Sequence record: PQ657772.1
DNA length: 64,000 nt
Reading direction: 5' to 3' (one strand)
Made by a program: the position numbers and the translations under genes. The notes beneath the pieces were generated by a model. That model worked only from the letters and a program-made list of their open reading frames with translations. It did no database searches and was not told where the DNA came from. Of this stretch, positions 21,868-31,357 are shown one piece after another; the first letter of the stretch is position 1; the number at the start of each line of letters is the position of its first letter.

Positions 21868-22679
21868 CCATTCCCAAGCATTTTGTATGCTTGTGTCTTA
21901 CTAGACACTTTAAAGAAATCTACAGGAATACCCTGTAATTTACAACATTCTACTACACTTAAGTGTCTATAGTCAATATTTCTTTTACCATTCTCCAATA
22001 GATATTGACGATTAATCGTTGGGTCACGAAACACCAACTGTCGTCTTGATTTATTAAAGTACTGGTTACAATCACCACCCTTAAAATAGTTAGCATCTAT
22101 ACAGTACGAAGCGGTTCTGTCAGTGTACCAACCATCTTCAATGATATCTTGAAGTTTAGGGGCATTTGATAATGCAGGTGGTATAAAAAGCTTATCAGTA
22201 CTGCACCAGTAGTATCTCTGCCTGAAGTGAGGCGTATAATGCTGGGAATTTATCAGTACTGGTGTGATTCCTAAAATACTATTAATGTATTCTTTGAAAT
22301 CTTCCTTCATTTTAACATTCTCGAACAGAAATTGCAAGTTTGGATTTACACTTTTGATGTGCTCAAAAATATCAACCATAACCAAAAATAACTGTCCACG
22401 TATATCATTCAAGCCACCTTGCTTACCAGCAACAGACCAGGCTTGACATGGGAATCCTCCCATGAGTAAATCTATCTTATCCCACTCAATATCCCATTCT
22501 TTCCACTTAGTCACATCACCTAACTGGATAATATCAGGAAAATTCTCGGAAGATTCAGCAATTGCGTACTTGTCAATTTCAGATGAGTAATATTTTTCAA
22601 CTGGAATACCTGCATCTGCCAATGCCATATATCCAACGCTCATTCCATTAAAAAGTGACAGTACTCTGATAGGTTTCAT
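21819..22679 (-). CDS. Orphan C5-cytosine DNA methyltransferase
   Basis: Motif I SLFNGMS, motif IV GGFPCQAWS, motif VI ENV, motif X LGNGW. Confidence 0.9.
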   Translation of the reverse strand: MKPIRVLSLFNGMSVGYMALADAGIPVEKYYSSEIDKYAIAESSENFPDIIQLGDVTKWKEWDIEWDKIDLLMGGFPCQAWSVAGKQGGLNDIRGQLFLVMVDIFEHIKSVNPNLQFLFENVKMKEDFKEYINSILGITPVLINSQHYTPHFRQRYYWCSTDKLFIPPALSNAPKLQDIIEDGWYTDRTASYCIDANYFKGGDCNQYFNKSRRQLVFRDPTINRQYLLENGKRNIDYRHLSVVECCKLQGIPVDFFKVSSKTQAYKMLGNGWTMPVISHLLREIFF

Positions 22680-22731
22680 ATAAAATCCTTTTTATATTGT
22701 TAAGGTACTATAATACATTATAGCATCTTAT

Positions 22732-23022
22732 TTAGAAATCTTCCAGACTTTTTTCATCGCACCATCGAGAAGTACAGATGATCGCAGATGCAAGAATTGA
22801 AGCACTGGCTCGACCACCACCAAGTAAGTACTGGCTAATGACACCAATCATATTGAAGACTTTATCATACTCAGCAAGGAGTTCAAAATCCTTCTTCCAA
22901 CATTGATATTCTTCTTCAGTAACATTAAACTCATCACCAAGTTCATTTAAAATCTTTTTAAGTACTGCACGATGTTCACTCATCTGATTCCCCATATCGT
23001 TCGTCGTAAAAATCATCATCAC
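22732..23022 (-). CDS. Hypothetical protein
   Basis: 96 aa. Confidence 0.65.
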   Translation of the reverse strand: MMMIFTTNDMGNQMSEHRAVLKKILNELGDEFNVTEEEYQCWKKDFELLAEYDKVFNMIGVISQYLLGGGRASASILASAIICTSRWCDEKSLEDF

Positions 23023-23061
23023 GGTTCAATGGTTCTTTTGGTTTTTCTGCCATATATTTCC

Positions 23062-23322
23062 TCACATGGTAAATGTATTATCACCATCCATATCTTCATC
23101 TGTAGCTTCAGCTAAGGTCTTAATCGTTAGCAATTCACGCTTCACGTACAACATGAAGACCTTTTCATAATTACCGAACATCATCTCAGGTGACATGTAA
23201 TTCTCCGTTACAATGACGATTGGACGGCCCTGTGACAGCATACGAAACATAGTACGGTATTTGTCAAAGGTGCGAAATTCATCCATGTTCATCATGTGGC
23301 GTTTACGAACTACTTTAGTCAT
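23062..23322 (-). CDS. Hypothetical protein
   Basis: 86 aa, AAGG RBS. Confidence 0.75.
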   Translation of the reverse strand: MTKVVRKRHMMNMDEFRTFDKYRTMFRMLSQGRPIVIVTENYMSPEMMFGNYEKVFMLYVKRELLTIKTLAEATDEDMDGDNTFTM

Positions 23323-23336
23323 TTTGATACCTTTAG

Positions 23337-23792
23337 TTAATTGAACTCGATTTCTGGATAATGATTATAGAACATCTCACGTACTGCGTCAAGCTGTTCT
23401 TTAAATTTCTCAATGTCATCAAGAGTTAGTACAGTGTTACTAACTGTACTCAACTGAAAAAGTGCCTCTTCAGTACTGTTTTCTGATAAATCAAATGTAC
23501 ATGATGAATCATCTGTTATAATATTATCACATATTTCAAATGTGTCAATATGAACATCATTGAGTAGATCACCACTATAATCATTATATATGAACACAAA
23601 AATGTATGATGGTTTTTTTATCTCAGTTTCTGACTCATAGGCTACCAAATCATATGTTACGTAACATTTAAAGTCAGGTGAATCGTATTCCATAGATACA
23701 ATTCCTATATCACGATATTGATTCGCTTCACTGATTAAATCCGGTATAGGTGTAATACTAAGTAAATGGAAAAACTGTCCTGGATTTAGCAT
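23337..23792 (-). CDS. FQxST-box family paralog
   Basis: STEEALFQLSTVSNTVLTLDDI. Confidence 0.8.
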   Translation of the reverse strand: MLNPGQFFHLLSITPIPDLISEANQYRDIGIVSMEYDSPDFKCYVTYDLVAYESETEIKKPSYIFVFIYNDYSGDLLNDVHIDTFEICDNIITDDSSCTFDLSENSTEEALFQLSTVSNTVLTLDDIEKFKEQLDAVREMFYNHYPEIEFN

Positions 23793-24241
23793 TTGATTAC
23801 CTTCGGGTTTTGCTCTGTGATATCAAACATAGATAGAACGAAATCATTTAGATTTTCAACACAATTGATTATAGTGCTTAAATCAGAATAACTAACTGTT
23901 AAATTTTTAACAAGAGATTCCTGAAAGTATCCTTCTTCAGTTGAGCAATAACTCACATTTGAGATAGTCTCATAATGTATATCTTTGCTTGTTTTACATG
24001 TTATAATTTCTATTATATCCGATGTTGTGTTATATAATAATATAAATGTTGTTGTTCGTGAATTCTTATTGTAAAATGCGAGTTCAGTGCTGTCATATGT
24101 TTTCTCAATAAGAACATTGTACTCTTCCGAAAACGATGTGGAAATTCTAATTATCTCTTCTGGTTCAGGAACATAAGATCCATCAAATTTACAAGACAAT
24201 GCAATTTCAAAATGATTTTTTATTTCATCAATTTTCATCAT
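23786..24241 (-). CDS. FQxST-box family paralog
   Basis: STEEGYFQESLVKNLTVSYSDL. Confidence 0.8.
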   Translation of the reverse strand: MMKIDEIKNHFEIALSCKFDGSYVPEPEEIIRISTSFSEEYNVLIEKTYDSTELAFYNKNSRTTTFILLYNTTSDIIEIITCKTSKDIHYETISNVSYCSTEEGYFQESLVKNLTVSYSDLSTIINCVENLNDFVLSMFDITEQNPKVIKC

Positions 24242-24633
24242 AGCTCACCATTTAATTTGCTATTTACATATTCTAATGCTTTTTTAACAATGCCAATTTC
24301 TGTAACTCCTATTACATTTTTCTCGATTAACGACAATTGAAATAGTTCATCTTCCTCAATATCAATACTATGGGTTCTTGACCAATAAACGTTGAAGTCA
24401 TATGCATATCGTATTGTATTTTCTTTAATATCAAGTACCAATATAACCATACCATTGTGTAGGTATGTCAGTGTTTTTCCGTATATATTAAAAATTAACC
24501 TATCTGGTGTACCCAATGGAAGATGAATTATATTTTGTGTAGTTCCAACAATAACAAAATCATTATCTATATTTTTATTCAAGTCACCTAGAATGTCATA
24601 TATAGTAGTCATGTTAATCTTGACCCTCAGCAT
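24238..24633 (-). CDS. FQxST-box family paralog
   Basis: IEEDELFQLSLIEKN. Confidence 0.8.
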   Translation of the reverse strand: MLRVKINMTTIYDILGDLNKNIDNDFVIVGTTQNIIHLPLGTPDRLIFNIYGKTLTYLHNGMVILVLDIKENTIRYAYDFNVYWSRTHSIDIEEDELFQLSLIEKNVIGVTEIGIVKKALEYVNSKLNGEL

Positions 24634-25033
24634 TTCTGATGATTCGCATTACTTCTCTGGATACGTTGTATACTTTTTTATAGTACTCAAATGTAACTGA
24701 ACCAAAATCATTAACCGTACTATCCATGAAGAACGATTCTTCGGTGCAATACACACCTGTAATTGAAACATGCTCATGATGGAATTTAGCATCTTTCCAG
24801 TAACGGAATTCGAAAATAAATTGCCCGTCATGACCAACCCTACAACACTCAGCACGGTCACTGTCTACGCAGCTAATCACAATATCCCTTTCGGAGTCAT
24901 ACCAGATATTTCCAATATTTGTTTCAATAACTGCATAATCAATTTTTGTAGAATTGGGAATTACACCTTTTTTTACCAGTACTAGACTGGTATTATCAAT
25001 ATCAAGTAAACTTACCATATCAACTCCCCACAA
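24614..25033 (-). CDS. FQxST-box family paralog
   Basis: CTEESFFMDSTVNDFGSVTFEY. Confidence 0.8.
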   Translation of the reverse strand: MWGVDMVSLLDIDNTSLVLVKKGVIPNSTKIDYAVIETNIGNIWYDSERDIVISCVDSDRAECCRVGHDGQFIFEFRYWKDAKFHHEHVSITGVYCTEESFFMDSTVNDFGSVTFEYYKKVYNVSREVMRIIRNAEGQD

Positions 25034-25430
25034 TTACTGTGTTTTTAATTTCTAACAATTCACTATACATCTTCTTCAATTGTACAATATCTTCATATAA
25101 AATACCACCCATATCATCAATCAAAGAACGTTGGAATAGTGATTCATCTGACTGTATCGTGTCCAAATCAGAAATTTTCAATACTGTAACTGGGTTTAGG
25201 GTGTTTACAATAAGTTTGTTTGTGTATGGTATGTATGTGATCTTGATATTCATTTCCGAATCAAGGGCATACAACCTCAAAACAGACAAATCACCACAAA
25301 GTTGGATTTTTGGTTCATCAAACTCATCAGACCACCACATAGTACTAGTCATATAATTGACGTGTTGGTTCAAATGTGATATATCCAAATCGAAATAATA
25401 TTTTAGTTCATTGTGTAAATCTAAACTCAT
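25020..25430 (-). CDS. FQxST-box family paralog
   Basis: QSDESLFQRSLIDDMGGILYEDI. Confidence 0.8.
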   Translation of the reverse strand: MSLDLHNELKYYFDLDISHLNQHVNYMTSTMWWSDEFDEPKIQLCGDLSVLRLYALDSEMNIKITYIPYTNKLIVNTLNPVTVLKISDLDTIQSDESLFQRSLIDDMGGILYEDIVQLKKMYSELLEIKNTVIVGS

Positions 25431-25485
25431 AAATTTATCCTCTATGCATCATTATCTTACAGTGTAGGATAAACCCACGATAATG

Positions 25486-25881
25486 TCAAGATGTGAATTG
25501 CTTATACCAGTGATACAGTTCTTTCAATTCTTCAGTACTGAATAGAACATCTTCAATCGTTGTTTGTTGGAAGTGGTAATCTTCATTTAAGTACATTGAA
25601 ATATTTTTATATACTTTTCGATTACATTTCCCAAGAAATGATGTTCTTTTGGATGTATATTCAATAAATGTTAACTTATCTAATTCTACATCCAATGACA
25701 ATTTCATACAGTATTCAGTATCATCTACGTACATAAGTTTATTTGAATAACAATCAACTGTGATATATTCTTTATGTGAGAATTGGTATATACCATTAAA
25801 TTTTTTACCATTTGTACTTCTGAATTTTTCAAGGTAATAAGAGAGTGGTTTAGATATTGTACTACCAATAGTATTATTCAT
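25486..25881 (-). CDS. FQxST-box family paralog
   Basis: LNEDYHFQQTTIEDVL. Confidence 0.8.
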   Translation of the reverse strand: MNNTIGSTISKPLSYYLEKFRSTNGKKFNGIYQFSHKEYITVDCYSNKLMYVDDTEYCMKLSLDVELDKLTFIEYTSKRTSFLGKCNRKVYKNISMYLNEDYHFQQTTIEDVLFSTEELKELYHWYKQFTS

Positions 25882-25902
25882 AGAACCTCAAAATTTAGAC
25901 AA

Positions 25903-25927
25903 GAAAAATGCCCCGAAGGTCGGGGCA
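25903..25927 (-). terminator. Intrinsic terminator
   Basis: TGCCCCGA-CCT-TCGGGGCA-TTTTT on minus strand. Confidence 0.75.
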
Positions 25928-26038
25928 GTACGAAAAAGATTTTGTACAAAAAAGGGGAATAATACAATAAAATAATAACGCATCATTATTATGTAAGGGA
26001 GGAAAGTAACATGATAATGTTAACCATTACTGGTATAA

Positions 26039-26590
26039 TTATTTATCATTTAATTCTTTTAATTGAGCTTGTATATCACCAGAAAGTTTACGGATTTTCT
26101 TGAAACAGTAAACACTATCATCAAGTTCAAGTTCTAGGCCGTGAGTGATTGCATAAAGCATTTCTGCAAGTACTAGATCCTGACGCATCCAGTTACCATT
26201 TTTATAGGTTGTCATTACACAATAAGGACAGTGGCTGTTTCCGGTTTGTTTACCCAGGAACACAGATTGGATTGTATCATGCTTGAAACCCACAAAAGAT
26301 TGGTTGATCTTGTTGATTTCAGCTACTACGTCCATTTGTGCACCAGTGTTGATTGCAAACACTTGGTCACCGTTCTCGGTTTTGTTAATGTTTAGTTCAA
26401 TATCACTACCAAGTTTACGAACAGCCAATGTATAAAGTAGGATTTCATACATATCATAATTGGTTGTTTCACCATTTGGTGCAGTTACATCGAGACTAAC
26501 ACCATGCATTTTAACTTCAGTACTGAATCCATCTTTATCTGCTAGAAAATCAGTGATTTGTTCAGTTAGGATTTTAATTTGTTCAATCAT
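26039..26590 (-). CDS. Hypothetical protein
   Basis: 183 aa, AAGGA RBS. Confidence 0.8.
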   Translation of the reverse strand: MIEQIKILTEQITDFLADKDGFSTEVKMHGVSLDVTAPNGETTNYDMYEILLYTLAVRKLGSDIELNINKTENGDQVFAINTGAQMDVVAEINKINQSFVGFKHDTIQSVFLGKQTGNSHCPYCVMTTYKNGNWMRQDLVLAEMLYAITHGLELELDDSVYCFKKIRKLSGDIQAQLKELNDK

Positions 26591-26646
26591 TATTCATATC
26601 CTTATGTTGGAAAAAGCCCCCATTACGGAGGCTTTTGTTAATCTAA

Positions 26647-27075
26647 TTATAGGGAAGCTTCGTATTCAGCTACAATGTCAACCATCTCATTGACAAAGTT
26701 GATATGGTCATGAGTTACGGTACGGAAATCATAAACCAGTGATTGTTGGAAGAATACGTCTTCAGCCAGATTACCTTCAAAGTTCAGGTCGATGTTTTCT
26801 TCATCGTTGGTTGGAGCAACTTTGATATTTAGTTGATTTTCATCAACGACCAATTTCACTACACAACCCAATGCAATCGCCAGTACATAGGCAGGTTTCT
26901 TAGCTGCTTCAGAACGGAATGGAGCACGTAGTGCACAAATGGTGCTGCTAATCTCATCATTCAGTTCTTTATATTTAACGTTAATCATCAGTTCTTCAAT
27001 TTTGACGCTCTCGATTACACGACCAGTTTCAGCAGCGAAGAAAGAGTGGTTACGGATAGTTTGTTCGATATTCAT
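26647..27075 (-). CDS. FQxST-box family paralog
   Basis: LAEDVFFQQSLVYDFRTVTHDHI. Confidence 0.8.
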   Translation of the reverse strand: MNIEQTIRNHSFFAAETGRVIESVKIEELMINVKYKELNDEISSTICALRAPFRSEAAKKPAYVLAIALGCVVKLVVDENQLNIKVAPTNDEENIDLNFEGNLAEDVFFQQSLVYDFRTVTHDHINFVNEMVDIVAEYEASL

Positions 27076-27078
27076 GTG

Positions 27079-27273
27079 TTATTCCTTATATAGATTGCTA
27101 AAGTTACGAAGATTACGGTTTGCTTTAAACTGTTTTAAATCACCAAATCTATCATCAACGATAAAAGTGGCAGCCTGTTTTGATTGGCATATTGTACAAA
27201 TCAACATACCCTGTATTGTATACTCGGTTGAACAATTTGTACAGTACTTTTTTTCATAAAGTTCAGTACTCAT
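27079..27273 (-). CDS. Small zinc-ribbon protein
   Basis: CTNC...CTIC. Confidence 0.7.
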   Translation of the reverse strand: MSTELYEKKYCTNCSTEYTIQGMLICTICQSKQAATFIVDDRFGDLKQFKANRNLRNFSNLYKE

Positions 27274-27605
27274 AAAACCTTCACATCAGTACGTTTATCT
27301 CTTTCTTCTTTCTTTACCTCATCGGAGCGGGTATCTTCTAATTGTAACACAACTTCTTTCAGAATGTCAACATCAATCATTGCTTCTTTGTATTGAAAGT
27401 CGTTTACGCCGAAAATATACTTCAATGCAACCCATACACGTTTGTACCATTTTAAGAAAGGATTCAAACGCATACTCACCAGACATTGACCAAGTTTATC
27501 ATCTCCATGTTCTTGTGTCAAGTCAAATTGTGAAATGTGAACACAATGTTCCGTATTATCGCCACAACTACAACGCACTATAAATTCTTTGCTGTCTTTG
27601 CTCAT
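27270..27605 (-). CDS. Hypothetical protein
   Basis: 111 aa, CSC...HC. Confidence 0.75.
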   Translation of the reverse strand: MSKDSKEFIVRCSCGDNTEHCVHISQFDLTQEHGDDKLGQCLVSMRLNPFLKWYKRVWVALKYIFGVNDFQYKEAMIDVDILKEVVLQLEDTRSDEVKKEERDKRTDVKVL

Positions 27606-28024
27606 ACTGGATAAGCCTTCATAAATTGTTTTAGAACTCCAAACTTAGAAGCACTGTAATCATACTGATAACTTAGCTCACGTTTATCATTCATTCGATA
27701 AACCATATGATTGTTTGGATAACCTATTCTAACAGGTTTGTTAGGATTTGCAAGCAAAATTGCCCATTCTTTTACAGGAAAAACGTTTTCAGATAACATC
27801 TTCACATCTTTACTGTAATACTTCATTGCTTGGGTACAGTGCTTGTAATCTTCAGCACTCAGTTCTTCACACACAACACTGTGTGTTTCAGTACTGGATA
27901 CCCATGACTCTTCTTCATAATATAAGTCAATTACATCTTCTACGGTATAGCTATCAGGTAAATCATAATATACCCAATTACTAAAACCAGAGCTTACACC
28001 AACTCGAATTCGATAGTACTTCAT
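27602..28024 (-). CDS. Hypothetical protein
   Basis: 140 aa. Confidence 0.75.
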   Translation of the reverse strand: MKYYRIRVGVSSGFSNWVYYDLPDSYTVEDVIDLYYEEESWVSSTETHSVVCEELSAEDYKHCTQAMKYYSKDVKMLSENVFPVKEWAILLANPNKPVRIGYPNNHMVYRMNDKRELSYQYDYSASKFGVLKQFMKAYPV

Positions 28025-28188
28025 ATTTTTTTATCATCCGATTTTACATAATAGTAACATACAATGCAGTGAATTACAAGAAGAATAATTTCTACTACAT
28101 TCAGTGCCACAACATGCCCTTGCGGGACCGTAAGTGACAATAACAACATTATAGTAGGTATTACGAATATTGTCAATGTTTTTTTCAT
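28021..28188 (-). CDS. Small two-TM membrane protein (55 aa)
   Basis: MKKTLTIFVIPTIMLLLSLTVPQGHVVALNVVEIILLVIHC... Confidence 0.7.
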   Translation of the reverse strand: MKKTLTIFVIPTIMLLLSLTVPQGHVVALNVVEIILLVIHCIVCYYYVKSDDKKI

Positions 28189-28276
28189 TTTATTTCCTTG
28201 TGGGACCGTAAGTGACAATAACAACATTATAGTAGGTATTACGAATATTGTCCATGTTTTTTCATTTTATTTCCTT
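28118..28276. repeat. Tandem duplication of a ~78-bp unit (RBS plus 5' end of the membrane-protein gene)
   Basis: Units 28118-28195 and 28196-28272 near identical; one copy has a 1-nt-shorter A run that truncates it (MKKHGQYS*). Confidence 0.9.
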
Positions 28277-28498
28277 AATGTAGGCAAATGGTAAAAATAC
28301 AACCTCTACCCCAGGAAATGCAGTTGCGAGTGCATCAACTATAGATTTGTTTTTATTACATTGCCATACTTTTGTAACTTTGTGCTGGAATACCTTGCCA
28401 TCTTTTACTAACCAATACATTTGCATTTTAACAGTACAGTTATCAGATGGTATTAGTAAATCTTCCATATCATATGAATTAAAGATTCTCTCGTTCAT
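28262..28498 (-). CDS. Hypothetical protein
   Basis: 78 aa, GGAG RBS. Confidence 0.75.
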   Translation of the reverse strand: MNERIFNSYDMEDLLIPSDNCTVKMQMYWLVKDGKVFQHKVTKVWQCNKNKSIVDALATAFPGVEVVFLPFAYIKEIK

Positions 28499-28757
28499 AT
28501 AATCTCCTAGTGAAAAAAGCCAGATTCTTTCTTATATATTCGGCGACACAATCAGTAGTTTGTGTATTTGTGAATGCAACAACTTCATTCGATACACCAT
28601 TCCCATTACACAATGGACAAATCCCCATATACTTAGGTGTTGGAACTGTATCTAGTTTATATTTCCCTGAAGATATCATGTATTGTTGTGGTAATACATC
28701 CAAAGAAATAATATAATCTTCATCGAATTGCTTACAACATACCCAACATTTACTCAT
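28479..28757 (-). CDS. Small zinc-binding protein
   Basis: CWVC...CPLC. Confidence 0.7.
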   Translation of the reverse strand: MSKCWVCCKQFDEDYIISLDVLPQQYMISSGKYKLDTVPTPKYMGICPLCNGNGVSNEVVAFTNTQTTDCVAEYIRKNLAFFTRRLYERENL

Positions 28758-29241
28758 TGTGGTTCTCCTTCAAAACAATTCTTATATCTTCGAATGTTTT
28801 AACAAACCAGTCATGTTCATCAGATACATCAACCACCTTCCCACCATAAACATAGTAATGATAGAAGGGTAACTTACTTTTCCTCAATCGTTCAGCAAGT
28901 TCTGGGTTTTGAAATATCTTAGCACATATTGCATCCTGGATACGAGAAATGCATTCGGGTGTCATTTCAATACGGTCGTGCATATACTTGTTCGCCGCTG
29001 CTTTTGCAGCAGCACCCGACACTTTTCTAAGATCATCATGTTTCTGGCCTGTTAAAAACCAAAAATAAAAAGTTTCTACCGATGGGAACCAACCATATGG
29101 TTCTAAGGTAAAACTATGTGAAGAAAAGTTAGATAGATCCCTACCTAACTTAGTCTTAGCTTTACTATAGATATTAATATGTCTGTATCCATCATCAGTA
29201 GGGTCAATATAGTTAAATGACTCTTCAGGAAATTCAAACAT
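28750..29241 (-). CDS. NADAR-superfamily protein, T4 gp30.3-like
   Basis: HINIYSKAKTKLGRDLSNFS...FPSVETFY...KIFQNPEL pattern. Confidence 0.65.
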   Translation of the reverse strand: MFEFPEESFNYIDPTDDGYRHINIYSKAKTKLGRDLSNFSSHSFTLEPYGWFPSVETFYFWFLTGQKHDDLRKVSGAAAKAAANKYMHDRIEMTPECISRIQDAICAKIFQNPELAERLRKSKLPFYHYYVYGGKVVDVSDEHDWFVKTFEDIRIVLKENHNE

Positions 29242-29243
29242 AA

Positions 29244-29597
29244 TTACTCTTCTTCACCAGATGGTGTGCCACGCAGTTTATCAAAATCAACCCAAATACC
29301 ATGCTGGTTTTTGAAGCGACATTTCTCATAGTACCAGCTATAGTCGGTTTCAACACCCTGGGAAATTGAACGAACACTACAGTCATACATATTGTATAAA
29401 TGTGTACGTACAATGAATGTTCCTATAAGAAGAACAAACACAACAATCCCAGTACAGATCTTTGGATGATCCATTATTAGGTCCAACACAGAACTGGTTT
29501 CAGTACTATCCATTTTACTACGACCGATGGCAACAACTTTCAGTACTGCTAATGATACCAGTAATGAAATAACAAGAACACTCAAATAAATTAGCAT
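29244..29597 (-). CDS. Two-TM membrane protein
   Basis: Two hydrophobic segments. Confidence 0.75.
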   Translation of the reverse strand: MLIYLSVLVISLLVSLAVLKVVAIGRSKMDSTETSSVLDLIMDHPKICTGIVVFVLLIGTFIVRTHLYNMYDCSVRSISQGVETDYSWYYEKCRFKNQHGIWVDFDKLRGTPSGEEE

Positions 29598-29599
29598 AT

Positions 29600-30184
29600 T
29601 TAGACTCCTACACCAAAACGTAAAAGGATGTTATTAACAAACACAAAATCAAATGGAGACTTTGGTTCAGATACCGAGTACTGAAAAGTTTCAGTGGCAA
29701 AATTTTCCCTATTATGCCATGTTGATGAATCGATTAGTAATTGTTTATCACCAATTGACATTGAATGTAATGGGACGTGTGCTGATGAATTTATAGAATA
29801 CGCATTTAGTTTTCCTTGTTCATCAAATGTAACACAAAGGTAATATCTCTTCTTAACATCAGGGGAACTCTCTTTAATATACGAATATATTGATTCATTC
29901 AAATCATCATCATCCCTTGTCTTAGAACCGAGAACTTGAGCAAAAGACAAACTACGTTTCGGTTGGATCGTTCCTGGTCTTTTTAGAATGAATTCTTTTG
30001 TTAAGTAAAAGTTATTGTGTTTTACCTCAATATTAACAGTTTTAAAGTTTGTGATTTTATCATATACGTTCCTAAAAACTGTTATATCCCATGAACTAAT
30101 TTCCTGCATCGTTACCGTAACTAGTTCTTCTAGTTCTTGGATAAATGGCAAATCGTCTTGATCAAATCTAATCACAGTTTTCAT
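29600..30184 (-). CDS. Hypothetical protein
   Basis: 194 aa. Confidence 0.8.
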   Translation of the reverse strand: MKTVIRFDQDDLPFIQELEELVTVTMQEISSWDITVFRNVYDKITNFKTVNIEVKHNNFYLTKEFILKRPGTIQPKRSLSFAQVLGSKTRDDDDLNESIYSYIKESSPDVKKRYYLCVTFDEQGKLNAYSINSSAHVPLHSMSIGDKQLLIDSSTWHNRENFATETFQYSVSEPKSPFDFVFVNNILLRFGVGV

Positions 30185-30755
30185 ATACCTTTTTTAAATT
30201 CATAATTTCAAGAAGACTATATTCTTTTTCACTAATCAAATCTTCAGTGAGTGCTTCTGGTTCGGTGTTACAATACAACTTCCCATTAATGATAACATAA
30301 CCATTGCTAAGATACAACGCACTCATTATCTGTTGTCCTTCTTTTGCGTTGACTGCTATACCAGAATTTGTTACAACAAGCCCATTGTTTGCAAATGCTG
30401 ATGTTAGTTCCGACCATTCAACTGATATTAAATCACGATAGTCTTTTGATACTTTTATAGTAACAATACAAGCAACTCTTGTAATAGATGGAGTACTAAT
30501 CGTATACATCTGTGGGGGTTGGTAGTTTGAGTTATATGTTTGTGGTGTATTAACAGCAGTTCCTGGATTCGGAGTTGTTGGCATAATTACTTGATCTATA
30601 TTTGGAACAGCCGTTCTTAGTGATGCAATACGCCCAGTTTCATCCAATTTCAAAACTAAACGATGAGTTTTATCCTCAGAGTGATACGGGAATAGACCAC
30701 CGGAATTCATATTTTGAAGCATTTTAATTAATTCATAAGTATTTTTTAAAAACAT
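30168..30755 (-). CDS. Hypothetical protein with central P/T/Q-rich linker
   Basis: 195 aa. Confidence 0.8.
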   Translation of the reverse strand: MFLKNTYELIKMLQNMNSGGLFPYHSEDKTHRLVLKLDETGRIASLRTAVPNIDQVIMPTTPNPGTAVNTPQTYNSNYQPPQMYTISTPSITRVACIVTIKVSKDYRDLISVEWSELTSAFANNGLVVTNSGIAVNAKEGQQIMSALYLSNGYVIINGKLYCNTEPEALTEDLISEKEYSLLEIMNLKKVYENCD

Positions 30756-30802
30756 AATAAATCCTATAGAAAATGGGAGTACAATGTACTCCCAGATTTA
30801 GA

Positions 30803-31357
30803 TTATAGTTTAATTACTTCTTGGATACCAGTATCCATTGCTTTCTTAGTGCGTGTATCAGAAACTACTGTACATAAATGTTCAATATTTTCACTTGGGA
30901 ATGTGTTAGTATCAAGAATTTTGGAGTTCCAGAAACCTTTACGGAACTTAGCATAATCAGTACACTGGTCAATTTTCATTTTCTGAAGATTGTTGAACTG
31001 TGTACGTCCTGACTCGATAGTTACCATAAGTTCTTGATAAATCTTAGGATCGAGATTAGGAACCTGTTGTTGAATCTGTGACATCACAAACTTCTGGTCA
31101 ACACCTTCACGACCTTTAAAGTATGTTTCGATGGTTTCTTTCAATGCATCCTTATACTTATCAGAAACTTGTACTTTTTCTTGAATGACAAGAGTGTATT
31201 TACTTAGTTGACTTTCTGATGCATCATAGTACTTTTTAATATTACCTTCAAATTCAACAGCACGGTCATGTGCATCTACATACATACTAACTGAACCAAT
31301 TGCCATAAGACCGAATACAACAACAACACCAATCAATGCAATAATTTTACCATTCAT
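30803..31357 (-). CDS. LemA-like membrane-anchored coiled-coil protein
   Basis: Single N-terminal TM then helical domain (IESGRTQFNNLQ...Y) resembling LemA. Confidence 0.55.
   Translation of the reverse strand: MNGKIIALIGVVVVFGLMAIGSVSMYVDAHDRAVEFEGNIKKYYDASESQLSKYTLVIQEKVQVSDKYKDALKETIETYFKGREGVDQKFVMSQIQQQVPNLDPKIYQELMVTIESGRTQFNNLQKMKIDQCTDYAKFRKGFWNSKILDTNTFPSENIEHLCTVVSDTRTKKAMDTGIQEVIKL

Noticed and set aside
21819-22679. Complete restriction-modification system around the C5-MTase
   Set aside because: Flanking ORFs show no nuclease motif
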